DNA of 64,000 nucleotides, from the sequence record MW218148.1, one strand, 5' to 3'. Under the pieces are notes generated by a model, which saw nothing but the letters and a program-made list of their open reading frames with translations, was not told the origin of the DNA and did not search any database. Numbering within the stretch: the stretch's first letter is position 1; each line of letters opens with the position of its first letter. The position numbers and the translations under genes were made by a program. Positions 56,217 through 64,000 of this stretch are shown one piece after another.

Positions 56217-56975
56217 ATGGATATAAATAAAAGTGGTAAAAAATATTTTTTATGTAAAGTAACAGATGAATTAATTACAGTTAATGATTTATCCATATAT
56301 GGTGTAGATAAAGATTATTTATATCTTCCACAATTAATTTCTAATTTACAAGTAAAAAATAATGAAGAAATAAGTATAACTTCTGAAGAAATTGTTGGTA
56401 CAGATGATGGAGGAACGAATTTATGGTCAGGGGTTATGTCATCTAATAGTACTTTCCCAACTATGGGATATAGATTTAATAATGAAAAGTCAATGGATAT
56501 ACTTATCTTTGACTTTGATATTATTTTCAACGAAGTAATAGAAAATGAAAACTATTTAAAAATTAAAATTGATCATGCTTATAATATAGGTGTAAATGCA
56601 AAGCTTTTTAATAAAGCAATTAGTGGTATATTAGATGAAGATAAATCTTTAAAACTACCTTTCAAAACTCCTATATCTCATATGGACAGTTTAATATCAA
56701 ATTCTGAAAATAATGAAGTTTTGCAACAAATATTAACTGAAGTAAATAGATCTATATTAGAAGTTTTATCACAGATTAGGGATCAATTCAACATAGAATT
56801 CTATATATCGGATGGATGTTTCTCACATATAACGTACGTTGATAAAAGAGATCATAGTAGTATAAATAAAAATTACTATAATCTATTTGATGAATACGAA
56901 ATGTCTGGAACATTTAAAGAAATTACTAATGAGAAAGACATTAAATCATATTTAGTGAAGCATAATTTTAAATAA
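56217..56975 (+). CDS. Accessory paralog-family protein, tandem duplicate A
   Basis: Clearly alignable with 56989-57738; ends YLVKHNFK. Confidence 0.8.
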   Translation: MDINKSGKKYFLCKVTDELITVNDLSIYGVDKDYLYLPQLISNLQVKNNEEISITSEEIVGTDDGGTNLWSGVMSSNSTFPTMGYRFNNEKSMDILIFDFDIIFNEVIENENYLKIKIDHAYNIGVNAKLFNKAISGILDEDKSLKLPFKTPISHMDSLISNSENNEVLQQILTEVNRSILEVLSQIRDQFNIEFYISDGCFSHITYVDKRDHSSINKNYYNLFDEYEMSGTFKEITNEKDIKSYLVKHNFK

Positions 56976-56988
56976 AAGGAGAATTATA

Positions 56989-57738
56989 ATGGCTATAGAT
57001 AAAAAATATTTTTTAAGTAAAATAACAGATGAATTAATTGAAGTTATTGACCTTTCCAAATATGGTGGAGTCGAAGATATTGCATATCTCCCACATTTAA
57101 TAACTTCATTACAAATAAAAAATAATGAAGAAATAAAAATAACTTCTGAAGAAATTGTTGGTACAGATGAAAATGGAAAAGAGTTATGTTCAGGTGTTAT
57201 GTCAGCTAGTAATATTTTTCCAGTTATAGCATATAGTGTTAATAATAAAAAGGCAGCGAATATACTTATCATTGACTTTGATATAATTTTTAACGAAGTA
57301 ATAGAAAATGAAAACTTCCTAAAAATTAAAATTAACAATGCTTATGATATGGGCATAAATACAATGCTCTTTAATAAAGTAATCGGAGACATATTAGATG
57401 AAGAAAATTCTTTAAAAATACCTTTTAGTTTACCTGCAGTTCATATGAGAGATCTAATACCAAATTCTAAAAATAATAAATTTTTACGAAGAATATTAGT
57501 TGAAGTAAATAGAGAAATATTACGATCTTTATCACAAATAAGAGATCATTTCAATATAGAATTCTTGGTATCGGACGCATGTTTCTCACATATAGTTTAT
57601 GATGACAGAAGAGATAGTGATGATATAGATGAGGATTACTATAATCTATTTGATGATTATGAAATATCTAGAGTATTTGAAACGATTACTGATGAAAAAG
57701 TCATTAAGGAATACTTAGTGAGGGATAATTTTAAATAA
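56989..57738 (+). CDS. Accessory paralog-family protein, tandem duplicate B
   Basis: Shares ITSEEIVGTD, DFDIIFNEVIENEN, CFSHI with A; ends YLVRDNFK. Confidence 0.8.
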   Translation: MAIDKKYFLSKITDELIEVIDLSKYGGVEDIAYLPHLITSLQIKNNEEIKITSEEIVGTDENGKELCSGVMSASNIFPVIAYSVNNKKAANILIIDFDIIFNEVIENENFLKIKINNAYDMGINTMLFNKVIGDILDEENSLKIPFSLPAVHMRDLIPNSKNNKFLRRILVEVNREILRSLSQIRDHFNIEFLVSDACFSHIVYDDRRDSDDIDEDYYNLFDDYEISRVFETITDEKVIKEYLVRDNFK

Positions 57739-57794
57739 AATTAAGAAATTATATTAACGGAAATATATCTATCAATAGGAGTTGAAAATGGATA

Positions 57795-60530
57795 ATGAAA
57801 ATTAAAAGATTAAAGTTGACAAATTTTATAGGCATCTATGCAGGAATGGGTTTAAAAGAAGTTGAGATTGATTTTAGCAAGAGTAAAAATAATATGATTG
57901 TGCTTCTTGGCGACAATGCTTCAGGCAAGACAACAGTTATGTCTAACCTAAACCCATATAGAGAAACTAATGATCAAAGAAAAACTATTATATTGGAAGA
58001 TGAAAAAGGTATAAAAGAGATTGATTATATTAAGGGTAATGATCTCTATGAAATTAAACATCATTATGGTAAAAACAGTTCACAAAACAAATCATTCATC
58101 AAGAAGAATGGTGAAGAACTCAATGAAAATGGTGGTATTAAATTATTCAATGAGATAGTCGATAAAGAGTTAGGTGTGTCTAAGGATTACTTTACGGTTG
58201 GTCGTCTAGGAGATAATGTAAGTAACTTTATTGACTATACTACAGGTGATAGAAAGTCATATATTAATAAATTTGTACCTAACATCGATAGATACTTAGA
58301 AGCTTATAAAGTTGCTAATGAAAAATTAAGAGTTATTACTAAGGATTTAAAATCACTTAGATTTGACTTAGATAAATATAAAGAATTTGATGAGATTAAG
58401 AAAGAGAAAGAAAACTTAGAAACTCTTATTGAACAGTTACAATCTGATCTTGATGAAGCTAATAAATATAAAACAACTAATGAAACTAAGATGAATTCTA
58501 TTATGGAAGAGAAGTATAAAGATATTCATCCTACTGATTATAAAAATAAATTGACTTCTGAGATTAATGAACTTAATCAAGAATTGCAAAGAGAAAAGAA
58601 ACTTAAAGAAGAAAATGAAAATTTAAGTAAATATACTATTGAGTCAGCTAATGAAAAGAAAGATAAAATTGATTCTATATTAAATAATACTAATAATGAA
58701 TTAACAATGGCTAAAAAGGATAAAGAATCAAATCAAGATAAATTAGATGACTTAATTAGTAGAAAATCTAAAATAGAGTCTCGTATGAATGCTATTAAGT
58801 TCAATGAAGATTATGACGCTTCAGATGAAATTGATTCTATTCTTCAGGGTTATAAAGATGATTTGGAAGGTATTAAAGAAGAATTAGATATTTCCAGAGG
58901 ATCTTTTGTAAGTGAGTTTGGATTACAGATTAACGATAATGTTAAAGAAGACTCATTAAAGCTATACGTAAATAGTTTCATTAATAAAATTGATGCATTT
59001 AAAGAATTTATTAATGATAATAAATTTAAATATAGCGATATCGATGGTGAATTTGAATCTGAGATTAAAGAAAATATTGACAAAATTTCTATGAACCAAG
59101 AAGAACTTAAAGGGTTAAGTGATAAACTCAATCAAATTAAAGGCAAATCTTCATTATTAAATATCTTAGAGAAAGAAGATCATGAACACTATAATGAATG
59201 TGTATTTGTACCTTTAGTGGCTGACTTTAAAGAAAATGAATTTGATTCAATCTCAGATTTAGAAGACAAATCTAAAAATCTATATAGTGAAAATCAAAAA
59301 TTAGAAGAAGAAAATAAACTATTATATAATCATATAACTCTACTAAATAAATATAAAGATTTATTGTCAAGTAGATTAGAGATGATAGAGTATATTGGTT
59401 TTGAAATTATTGACATTGACAGCATTCACGACATATTCAGTAATGGAAGTACATTCTCTAATGAAATTAATACACTTGAATCATTATTAAGAAAAACAAA
59501 TGAAATAAGAACTAACGAATACAATAGAGACAAATTAACTATTGATCTTGAAAGAAAAGAAAACGGTCTTAAAGAAGATTATTCTAACAAAAAGATCTTA
59601 TCTCAATATAAAGAAGATAAAGATGAATTAGTTAAAGAAATAGATAAAGTTAACATCAAGATAGGTGAAGTAAGTAATAATCTTAATTATCTTAATGAGC
59701 GTAAAGAAAAAGCATTAACTAACTTAGGTATTATTAATGAATTTATTAACTTAACTGAAAAATCAGAAGAGATTAAAAATAACATCAATGAGAAACAAAA
59801 ATCAATTGATGAGGTTAATGAAGATTTAATTAAATTAAGTGATTTATATAATCTTAACCAGCAGTCAGATAATAAAATTCAGTCTATCAGAGATAATTTA
59901 ACTATGAAGAAAAATGATTTAGAGTCAACTAAAGAAAAATTCTTTGCAGTTAATTCTATCATTACTAAAATTGATGAGATTGAATCTGTTTTATGGAAAT
60001 ATACTATGGTAGTAGATTCACTTAACCCTAAGAAAGACTCTATACCATTAATATTCATCACTAATTATCTTAAAGATATTGCTGTAAGTACTAATGAATT
60101 ACTTTCAGTAGCTTATAATAATTCATTTAAAATTGACTTTGACTTAACGGATAAAGATTTCTTTATTAATGTTTATAAAGGTAATGGAACTGAGTTGAAA
60201 GATATTAAAGAAGCTTCTCAAGGAGAAACAGCTTTAACTAATATTAGTTTATCTTTATCATTATTAAACAAAGTTTCTCAAGAATATAATATACTTTATC
60301 TTGATGAAATGGATAGCACTTTAGACTCTAATAACAGAAGAAGATTTGTTGATGTTATTGATAGACAGATTGATTTAATGGGATTAGAACAAGTATTCTT
60401 AATCAGTCATAATGATGAATTCTATAGTGCTAATATTGATTTAATCTTACTTAAAGGTTATGAAAGTAAAATTGATATCAATAATAAAGAAATGATGAAA
60501 GACAAAAATGTATTATTTAAAGTAAACTAA
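57795..60530 (+). CDS. SbcC/Rad50-like SMC ATPase
   Basis: LGDNASGKT, long coiled coil, ASQGE signature, YLDEMDSTLD, LISH. Confidence 0.9.
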   Translation: MKIKRLKLTNFIGIYAGMGLKEVEIDFSKSKNNMIVLLGDNASGKTTVMSNLNPYRETNDQRKTIILEDEKGIKEIDYIKGNDLYEIKHHYGKNSSQNKSFIKKNGEELNENGGIKLFNEIVDKELGVSKDYFTVGRLGDNVSNFIDYTTGDRKSYINKFVPNIDRYLEAYKVANEKLRVITKDLKSLRFDLDKYKEFDEIKKEKENLETLIEQLQSDLDEANKYKTTNETKMNSIMEEKYKDIHPTDYKNKLTSEINELNQELQREKKLKEENENLSKYTIESANEKKDKIDSILNNTNNELTMAKKDKESNQDKLDDLISRKSKIESRMNAIKFNEDYDASDEIDSILQGYKDDLEGIKEELDISRGSFVSEFGLQINDNVKEDSLKLYVNSFINKIDAFKEFINDNKFKYSDIDGEFESEIKENIDKISMNQEELKGLSDKLNQIKGKSSLLNILEKEDHEHYNECVFVPLVADFKENEFDSISDLEDKSKNLYSENQKLEEENKLLYNHITLLNKYKDLLSSRLEMIEYIGFEIIDIDSIHDIFSNGSTFSNEINTLESLLRKTNEIRTNEYNRDKLTIDLERKENGLKEDYSNKKILSQYKEDKDELVKEIDKVNIKIGEVSNNLNYLNERKEKALTNLGIINEFINLTEKSEEIKNNINEKQKSIDEVNEDLIKLSDLYNLNQQSDNKIQSIRDNLTMKKNDLESTKEKFFAVNSIITKIDEIESVLWKYTMVVDSLNPKKDSIPLIFITNYLKDIAVSTNELLSVAYNNSFKIDFDLTDKDFFINVYKGNGTELKDIKEASQGETALTNISLSLSLLNKVSQEYNILYLDEMDSTLDSNNRRRFVDVIDRQIDLMGLEQVFLISHNDEFYSANIDLILLKGYESKIDINNKEMMKDKNVLFKVN

Positions 60531-60543
60531 AGAAGGTGATTAC

Positions 60544-60741
60544 ATGTTAAATAATACAAATAAACTAAGTGAGATGGAGATAGTGCAGAAATTCAATAAA
60601 ATGCACTATCAGCTCACTATAAATAACGGTGAAGTATATACTGAAGGTCCTGATATTGATTTATTAAATGAAATAAAGAAAGACATAGGAATAATGGACA
60701 AAAGAATAAAGAATAAAAAAATAGTGGAGAGTTTTAATTAA
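60544..60741 (+). CDS. Hypothetical protein (tag variant IVESFN)
   Basis: 65 aa, GAAGGTG RBS. Confidence 0.65.
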   Translation: MLNNTNKLSEMEIVQKFNKMHYQLTINNGEVYTEGPDIDLLNEIKKDIGIMDKRIKNKKIVESFN

Positions 60742-60752
60742 ACATAATTGAG

Positions 60753-61064
60753 GTGATTCCCATGTTTAATAATCGAGAAGACATGTTTAAATACTTTGAG
60801 GTATACTTATTGGAAAGAAAATTAAATGATCGTATGAGAAGTGAGCATTATTTAGATTTTTTATTTGAACTTTGTGACGAATATGAAGTTAATATGGGTA
60901 ATTATATTAACACTCAAGGCATTATTAATGGTTTTGTGGCTTCAGGTGTTAAGGCTGACGTTCTTCATGGAATAGTTAAACTATATGATGATTTGGAATT
61001 AACAAAAGATAAATTATATAAAAGAACTAAATCGGACTTAATTAAATATACGATGGGAGGTTAA
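60753..61064 (+). CDS. Hypothetical protein
   Basis: 103 aa; GAGGTG RBS favours the ATG at 60761. Confidence 0.65.
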   Translation: MIPMFNNREDMFKYFEVYLLERKLNDRMRSEHYLDFLFELCDEYEVNMGNYINTQGIINGFVASGVKADVLHGIVKLYDDLELTKDKLYKRTKSDLIKYTMGG

Positions 61065-61069
61065 ATTAT

Positions 61070-61381
61070 ATGAATGAAGAAATAGTAGATAAAATGGATA
61101 ACTATAATAACAAGATTAAAGAGTTTAATATAATGCAGAATTACTTAAAAAGTTTACCCAAAGAAAATAAAGTATCTGAATATTTTCAGAATGATGTCTC
61201 ACTTAAAGAGATGACTTGGGCTAATGATGACTTAGGTGATTTATTTAAAGCTATTTTCCATCCTGAGTTCTATAAGGTTATGTGTCATATTATTAAAGAC
61301 TATGATATTGAACCTCCTGACTATATAAATAAATTAATTAAAAATGTTAAATTAAGAACGGTTACAAATACTTTTATGTAA
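61070..61381 (+). CDS. Hypothetical protein (tag variant VTNTFM)
   Basis: 103 aa, GGGAGG RBS. Confidence 0.7.
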   Translation: MNEEIVDKMDNYNNKIKEFNIMQNYLKSLPKENKVSEYFQNDVSLKEMTWANDDLGDLFKAIFHPEFYKVMCHIIKDYDIEPPDYINKLIKNVKLRTVTNTFM

Positions 61382-61396
61382 AGGAGAAATTGATAT

Positions 61397-61534
61397 ATGA
61401 AATTTTCATTAATAAGTTTTTCAATCTTATCTTTGTGTACAATATTAGCTGTAATATTATTTAAAAATACTACCAAACAAGATCAAGTTGATACATCTGA
61501 AGACCCTTTTGAGGGTAAAGAGATGTTCATTTAA
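61397..61534 (+). CDS. 45-aa single-TM membrane protein missed by the ORF track
   Basis: AAGGAG RBS; MKFSLISFSILSLCTILAVILFK hydrophobic N-terminus. Confidence 0.65.
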   Translation: MKFSLISFSILSLCTILAVILFKNTTKQDQVDTSEDPFEGKEMFI

Positions 61535-61550
61535 TTGTAAATATAAAATT

Positions 61551-61590
61551 TACCAAACATCCTAAAAAATGGGTGTTTGGTATTTTATCT
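61551..61590 (+). terminator. Intrinsic terminator
   Basis: TACCAAACATCC / GGGTGTTTGGTA plus T tract. Confidence 0.8.
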
Positions 61591-61661
61591 TTAATTTTTT
61601 ATGTGTTTTAAGTAACGTTTAAATTATCAGATTAGTATTTGAATTAGGGAGTGAATAAAGG

Positions 61662-63380
61662 ATGAGTCGTTTTATTAAATCAACTTATTTAGGTAAAAAA
61701 GAAACATCTTCGGGTAAAGAGAAAGTAGTAATGGTAGTTAAAGAAGAAGATGGCACTAAGAAACACATGGAAATAACTGATCCTATGATGCATTATTATG
61801 TAACTAAAGATGAACATTGGTTGCCTCCTAATCAGATTGTAGGTTCTATTGAAAAAGAAAAAGTGAGAACTGTAACATGTAAACATAAAGACATTATTAA
61901 ATCAGTAGTTAAAGAAGCAGGTAATGCTCAAGATAAAGCTGAACTTGACAGAATTATGCAATCAGGTAATCGTGATGAGTTTAGAAAATTAAAAGATTTT
62001 CATCTGCTAAACAATGCTCATGGATCTGATATTAATATTGAAGATTATAATATTAATGAGTATATTAAAAAGAATCCTGAAACTAAAGTCGGTATTGATA
62101 TTTGTTTCTTTGATATTGAGGTTGATGGATCTGAAGTTGTAGGTTTCCCAGTAGCAGGTTCAGCTGAGATCAATATTATAACAGTCGTTGATTGGAGTAA
62201 ACGTAAATGTTTAACGTTTGCACTTAAATATGATACAGATAATTATAATGAAGTAATGAGTAAACAAGAAAAGATTAAAGAAGATCTTAATAATATTTAC
62301 AATAATAAAGATAGTGAAATTGGTAAAGATTTAGGATTGGAATTTGAGATATATGAATTAGATACAGAAATGAAAGTTATTAAATCATTCTTATACTATA
62401 TTAATGAAATTAGTAAGCCGGATATATGTACCGCATGGAATCTAGATTTTGACTTCGCAACTATATTTGAACGTATCAAAGTTAATGGAGAAGATCCAGC
62501 AGATTATTTCTGTTCAAGAGATTTAGAAGACAAAAAAGCTTATTATAAACTAGATTTGAAAGCTACAGATATGGCTAATAGATCTTCAACTTTTGAAGCT
62601 AATTCATATACTAACTGGATTGACCAATTAGCTTTATATGCAAATATTAATAAACCTAATGGTGCTCTTGAATCTGTTAAATTAAATGACATAGGTGAAA
62701 AAGAAGCTGGAGTTAAGAAAGATGTTTATGAAGGTTCTATCTCAGATTTACACTTTAGAGATTATTATACATTTATATTGTATAACATTAAAGATACAGT
62801 CTTAACTGCTTTAATTGAATATAACACTAATATGTTTGATTTATTATTCTCAATTGTAGATATGACAAGAACTAGACCGACTAAGGCGCTTAAGAAAACT
62901 ATTTGTTTAAGAAATCGTAGTTCAGTATTCTTTGAAAATCAAGGGTACGTATTAAGTAACAATCACTCTAAATTATTGTCAGATCCAAATGCTGGTAAAA
63001 TTCGTGGTGGATTTGTAGCAGATATGAAATTAATTGAACGTAATGGCGATATATTAGTTAAAGGTAAAGATATTAGGTCTAATAGACTATTCACAAATGT
63101 ATGTGACTTTGACTTAAGTTCTCTATATCCATCTATTATTAGAGGATTTAATATAACACCTGAAGGTCATATTGGTAAGATGAATCTAATAGATATAAAT
63201 AGAATGGTTGCACCTAAACAAGAATTGGACAAAGAAAATTATGACTTTAACACTGAATTTGTAAGTAAGTTTAATAGTCAAGATTCTGTAGCATTTGCTC
63301 AAGAGTTTCATGGTTTACCACCTATTCTTGATGCAGTAGATGCTATAGTTGATGAGCTTGATAAAATTGATGTAGGATAA
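61662..63380 (+). CDS. Family B DNA polymerase, N-terminal subunit (3-prime-5-prime exonuclease plus motif A)
   Basis: FFDIEVD (ExoI), AWNLDFDF (ExoII), YNIKD (ExoIII), DFDLSSLYPSII (motif A); ORF ends before motif B. Confidence 0.88.
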   Translation: MSRFIKSTYLGKKETSSGKEKVVMVVKEEDGTKKHMEITDPMMHYYVTKDEHWLPPNQIVGSIEKEKVRTVTCKHKDIIKSVVKEAGNAQDKAELDRIMQSGNRDEFRKLKDFHLLNNAHGSDINIEDYNINEYIKKNPETKVGIDICFFDIEVDGSEVVGFPVAGSAEINIITVVDWSKRKCLTFALKYDTDNYNEVMSKQEKIKEDLNNIYNNKDSEIGKDLGLEFEIYELDTEMKVIKSFLYYINEISKPDICTAWNLDFDFATIFERIKVNGEDPADYFCSRDLEDKKAYYKLDLKATDMANRSSTFEANSYTNWIDQLALYANINKPNGALESVKLNDIGEKEAGVKKDVYEGSISDLHFRDYYTFILYNIKDTVLTALIEYNTNMFDLLFSIVDMTRTRPTKALKKTICLRNRSSVFFENQGYVLSNNHSKLLSDPNAGKIRGGFVADMKLIERNGDILVKGKDIRSNRLFTNVCDFDLSSLYPSIIRGFNITPEGHIGKMNLIDINRMVAPKQELDKENYDFNTEFVSKFNSQDSVAFAQEFHGLPPILDAVDAIVDELDKIDVG

Positions 63381-63391
63381 GGAAGTGTATT

Positions 63392-64000
63392 ATGGGTATC
63401 ATTATTGAAGAATCAAAAATAGTAAATAAATTAGTTATGACTCTTGAAGAGATATCTAAACTATTTAACAGCTTAGAAGAAGGAAATAAATATATTAAAC
63501 TAGAAAATAATAGAATTGAAAACTATTCTAATCCAAATGATAATCCTAATACAGTTGAGGTTGAAATAAGAGAAGATAATCCTATCTATGATTATCTTCT
63601 TGAAGTAAACCATTGTGTATTTAATGTAGAAGACTTTATAGATGTTAGGAAAAATAAAGCGGATAAGATTGTTAAAATAGAATTCTTTAATGAAGAGAAT
63701 AATAAAGGTATTAAAATAACTAGAGAATCTGACTTAGAGACTATTATAGATGATAGTGAGTTTTATGTAAATGAAGTTGATGAAGTTAATTATGCTTTTG
63801 AAGCTGTTAAATATTTTAGTTCTTTTGAACCATCTATCAATTATTCATTGGAAGAAGAACATTTACTTGGTATTAAAGAGAGAAAACCTTCTGAATTCTT
63901 TAAGTTTATATTTACTGAAGATAAAGTTCTAGTTGAAGATCCTTATTATATTTATGATGAAGAAGATTATTTAATTGATTTTAGAACTTCTAAGAAATAT
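63392..64000 (+). CDS. Acidic hypothetical protein, 3-prime truncated
   Basis: AAGGAAG RBS, ATG 63392, frame open to the window end (MGIIIEESKIVNKLVMTLEEISKLF...). Confidence 0.7.
   Translation, partial: MGIIIEESKIVNKLVMTLEEISKLFNSLEEGNKYIKLENNRIENYSNPNDNPNTVEVEIREDNPIYDYLLEVNHCVFNVEDFIDVRKNKADKIVKIEFFNEENNKGIKITRESDLETIIDDSEFYVNEVDEVNYAFEAVKYFSSFEPSINYSLEEEHLLGIKERKPSEFFKFIFTEDKVLVEDPYYIYDEEDYLIDFRTSKKY

Noticed and set aside
49316-57738. Integron-like DNA cassette sites at gene ends (AATTTTAAATAA)
   Set aside because: The conservation follows codons N-F-K-stop with synonymous changes; no palindromic attC-like structure and no integrase in the window.
30905-61381. Interpreting the C-terminal tag as a phage-nucleus import signal
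   Set aside because: No chimallin or PhuZ gene is visible in the window and AR9-like phages are not established nucleus-formers; unsupported here.
1-64000. CRISPR array, tRNA/rRNA genes, group I introns, inteins, transposases
   Set aside because: No regularly spaced repeats, cloverleafs, interrupted core genes or intein/nuclease motifs were seen by eye; a covariance-model search was not run.

Overview
This is a very AT-rich segment of a Gram-positive-infecting jumbo myophage. Gene content and promoter motifs point to the AR9/PBS1-like clade, which includes the Staphylococcus jumbo phages; this assignment is inferred, not database-checked. From left to right the window carries: a class Ib ribonucleotide reductase cluster (nrdH, nrdI, nrdE, nrdF); a probable RNAP beta-prime C-terminal fragment; tail sheath and tube; a minus-strand tail/baseplate block with two paralogous ~2000-aa tape-measure-like proteins bearing different cell-wall-lytic modules; an all-alpha NTP pyrophosphatase; an HU-like protein; a RecD/Dda-like helicase; a MoxR AAA+/vWA pair; a family-B DNA polymerase split into two distant genes; a HAD nucleotidase; the catalytic RNAP beta-prime N-terminal subunit; an SbcC/Rad50-like ATPase; and many accessory ORFs. 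The strongest unexplained signal is a shared C-terminal peptide tag, [V/I]-x-x-x-F-x-stop (often within D/E-K-E-I-K-x-Y-L-V-x-x-N-F-K), on about 18 otherwise divergent accessory proteins and on none of the core or structural proteins. Other notable observations are a catalytically degenerate OatA-like SGNH domain in a tail protein, a 65-aa module conserved between the twin tail proteins, two promoter classes, stem-loops placed immediately after early promoters, and a recurrent TTAATT hairpin loop. Product calls come from motif recognition by eye; no searches were run.
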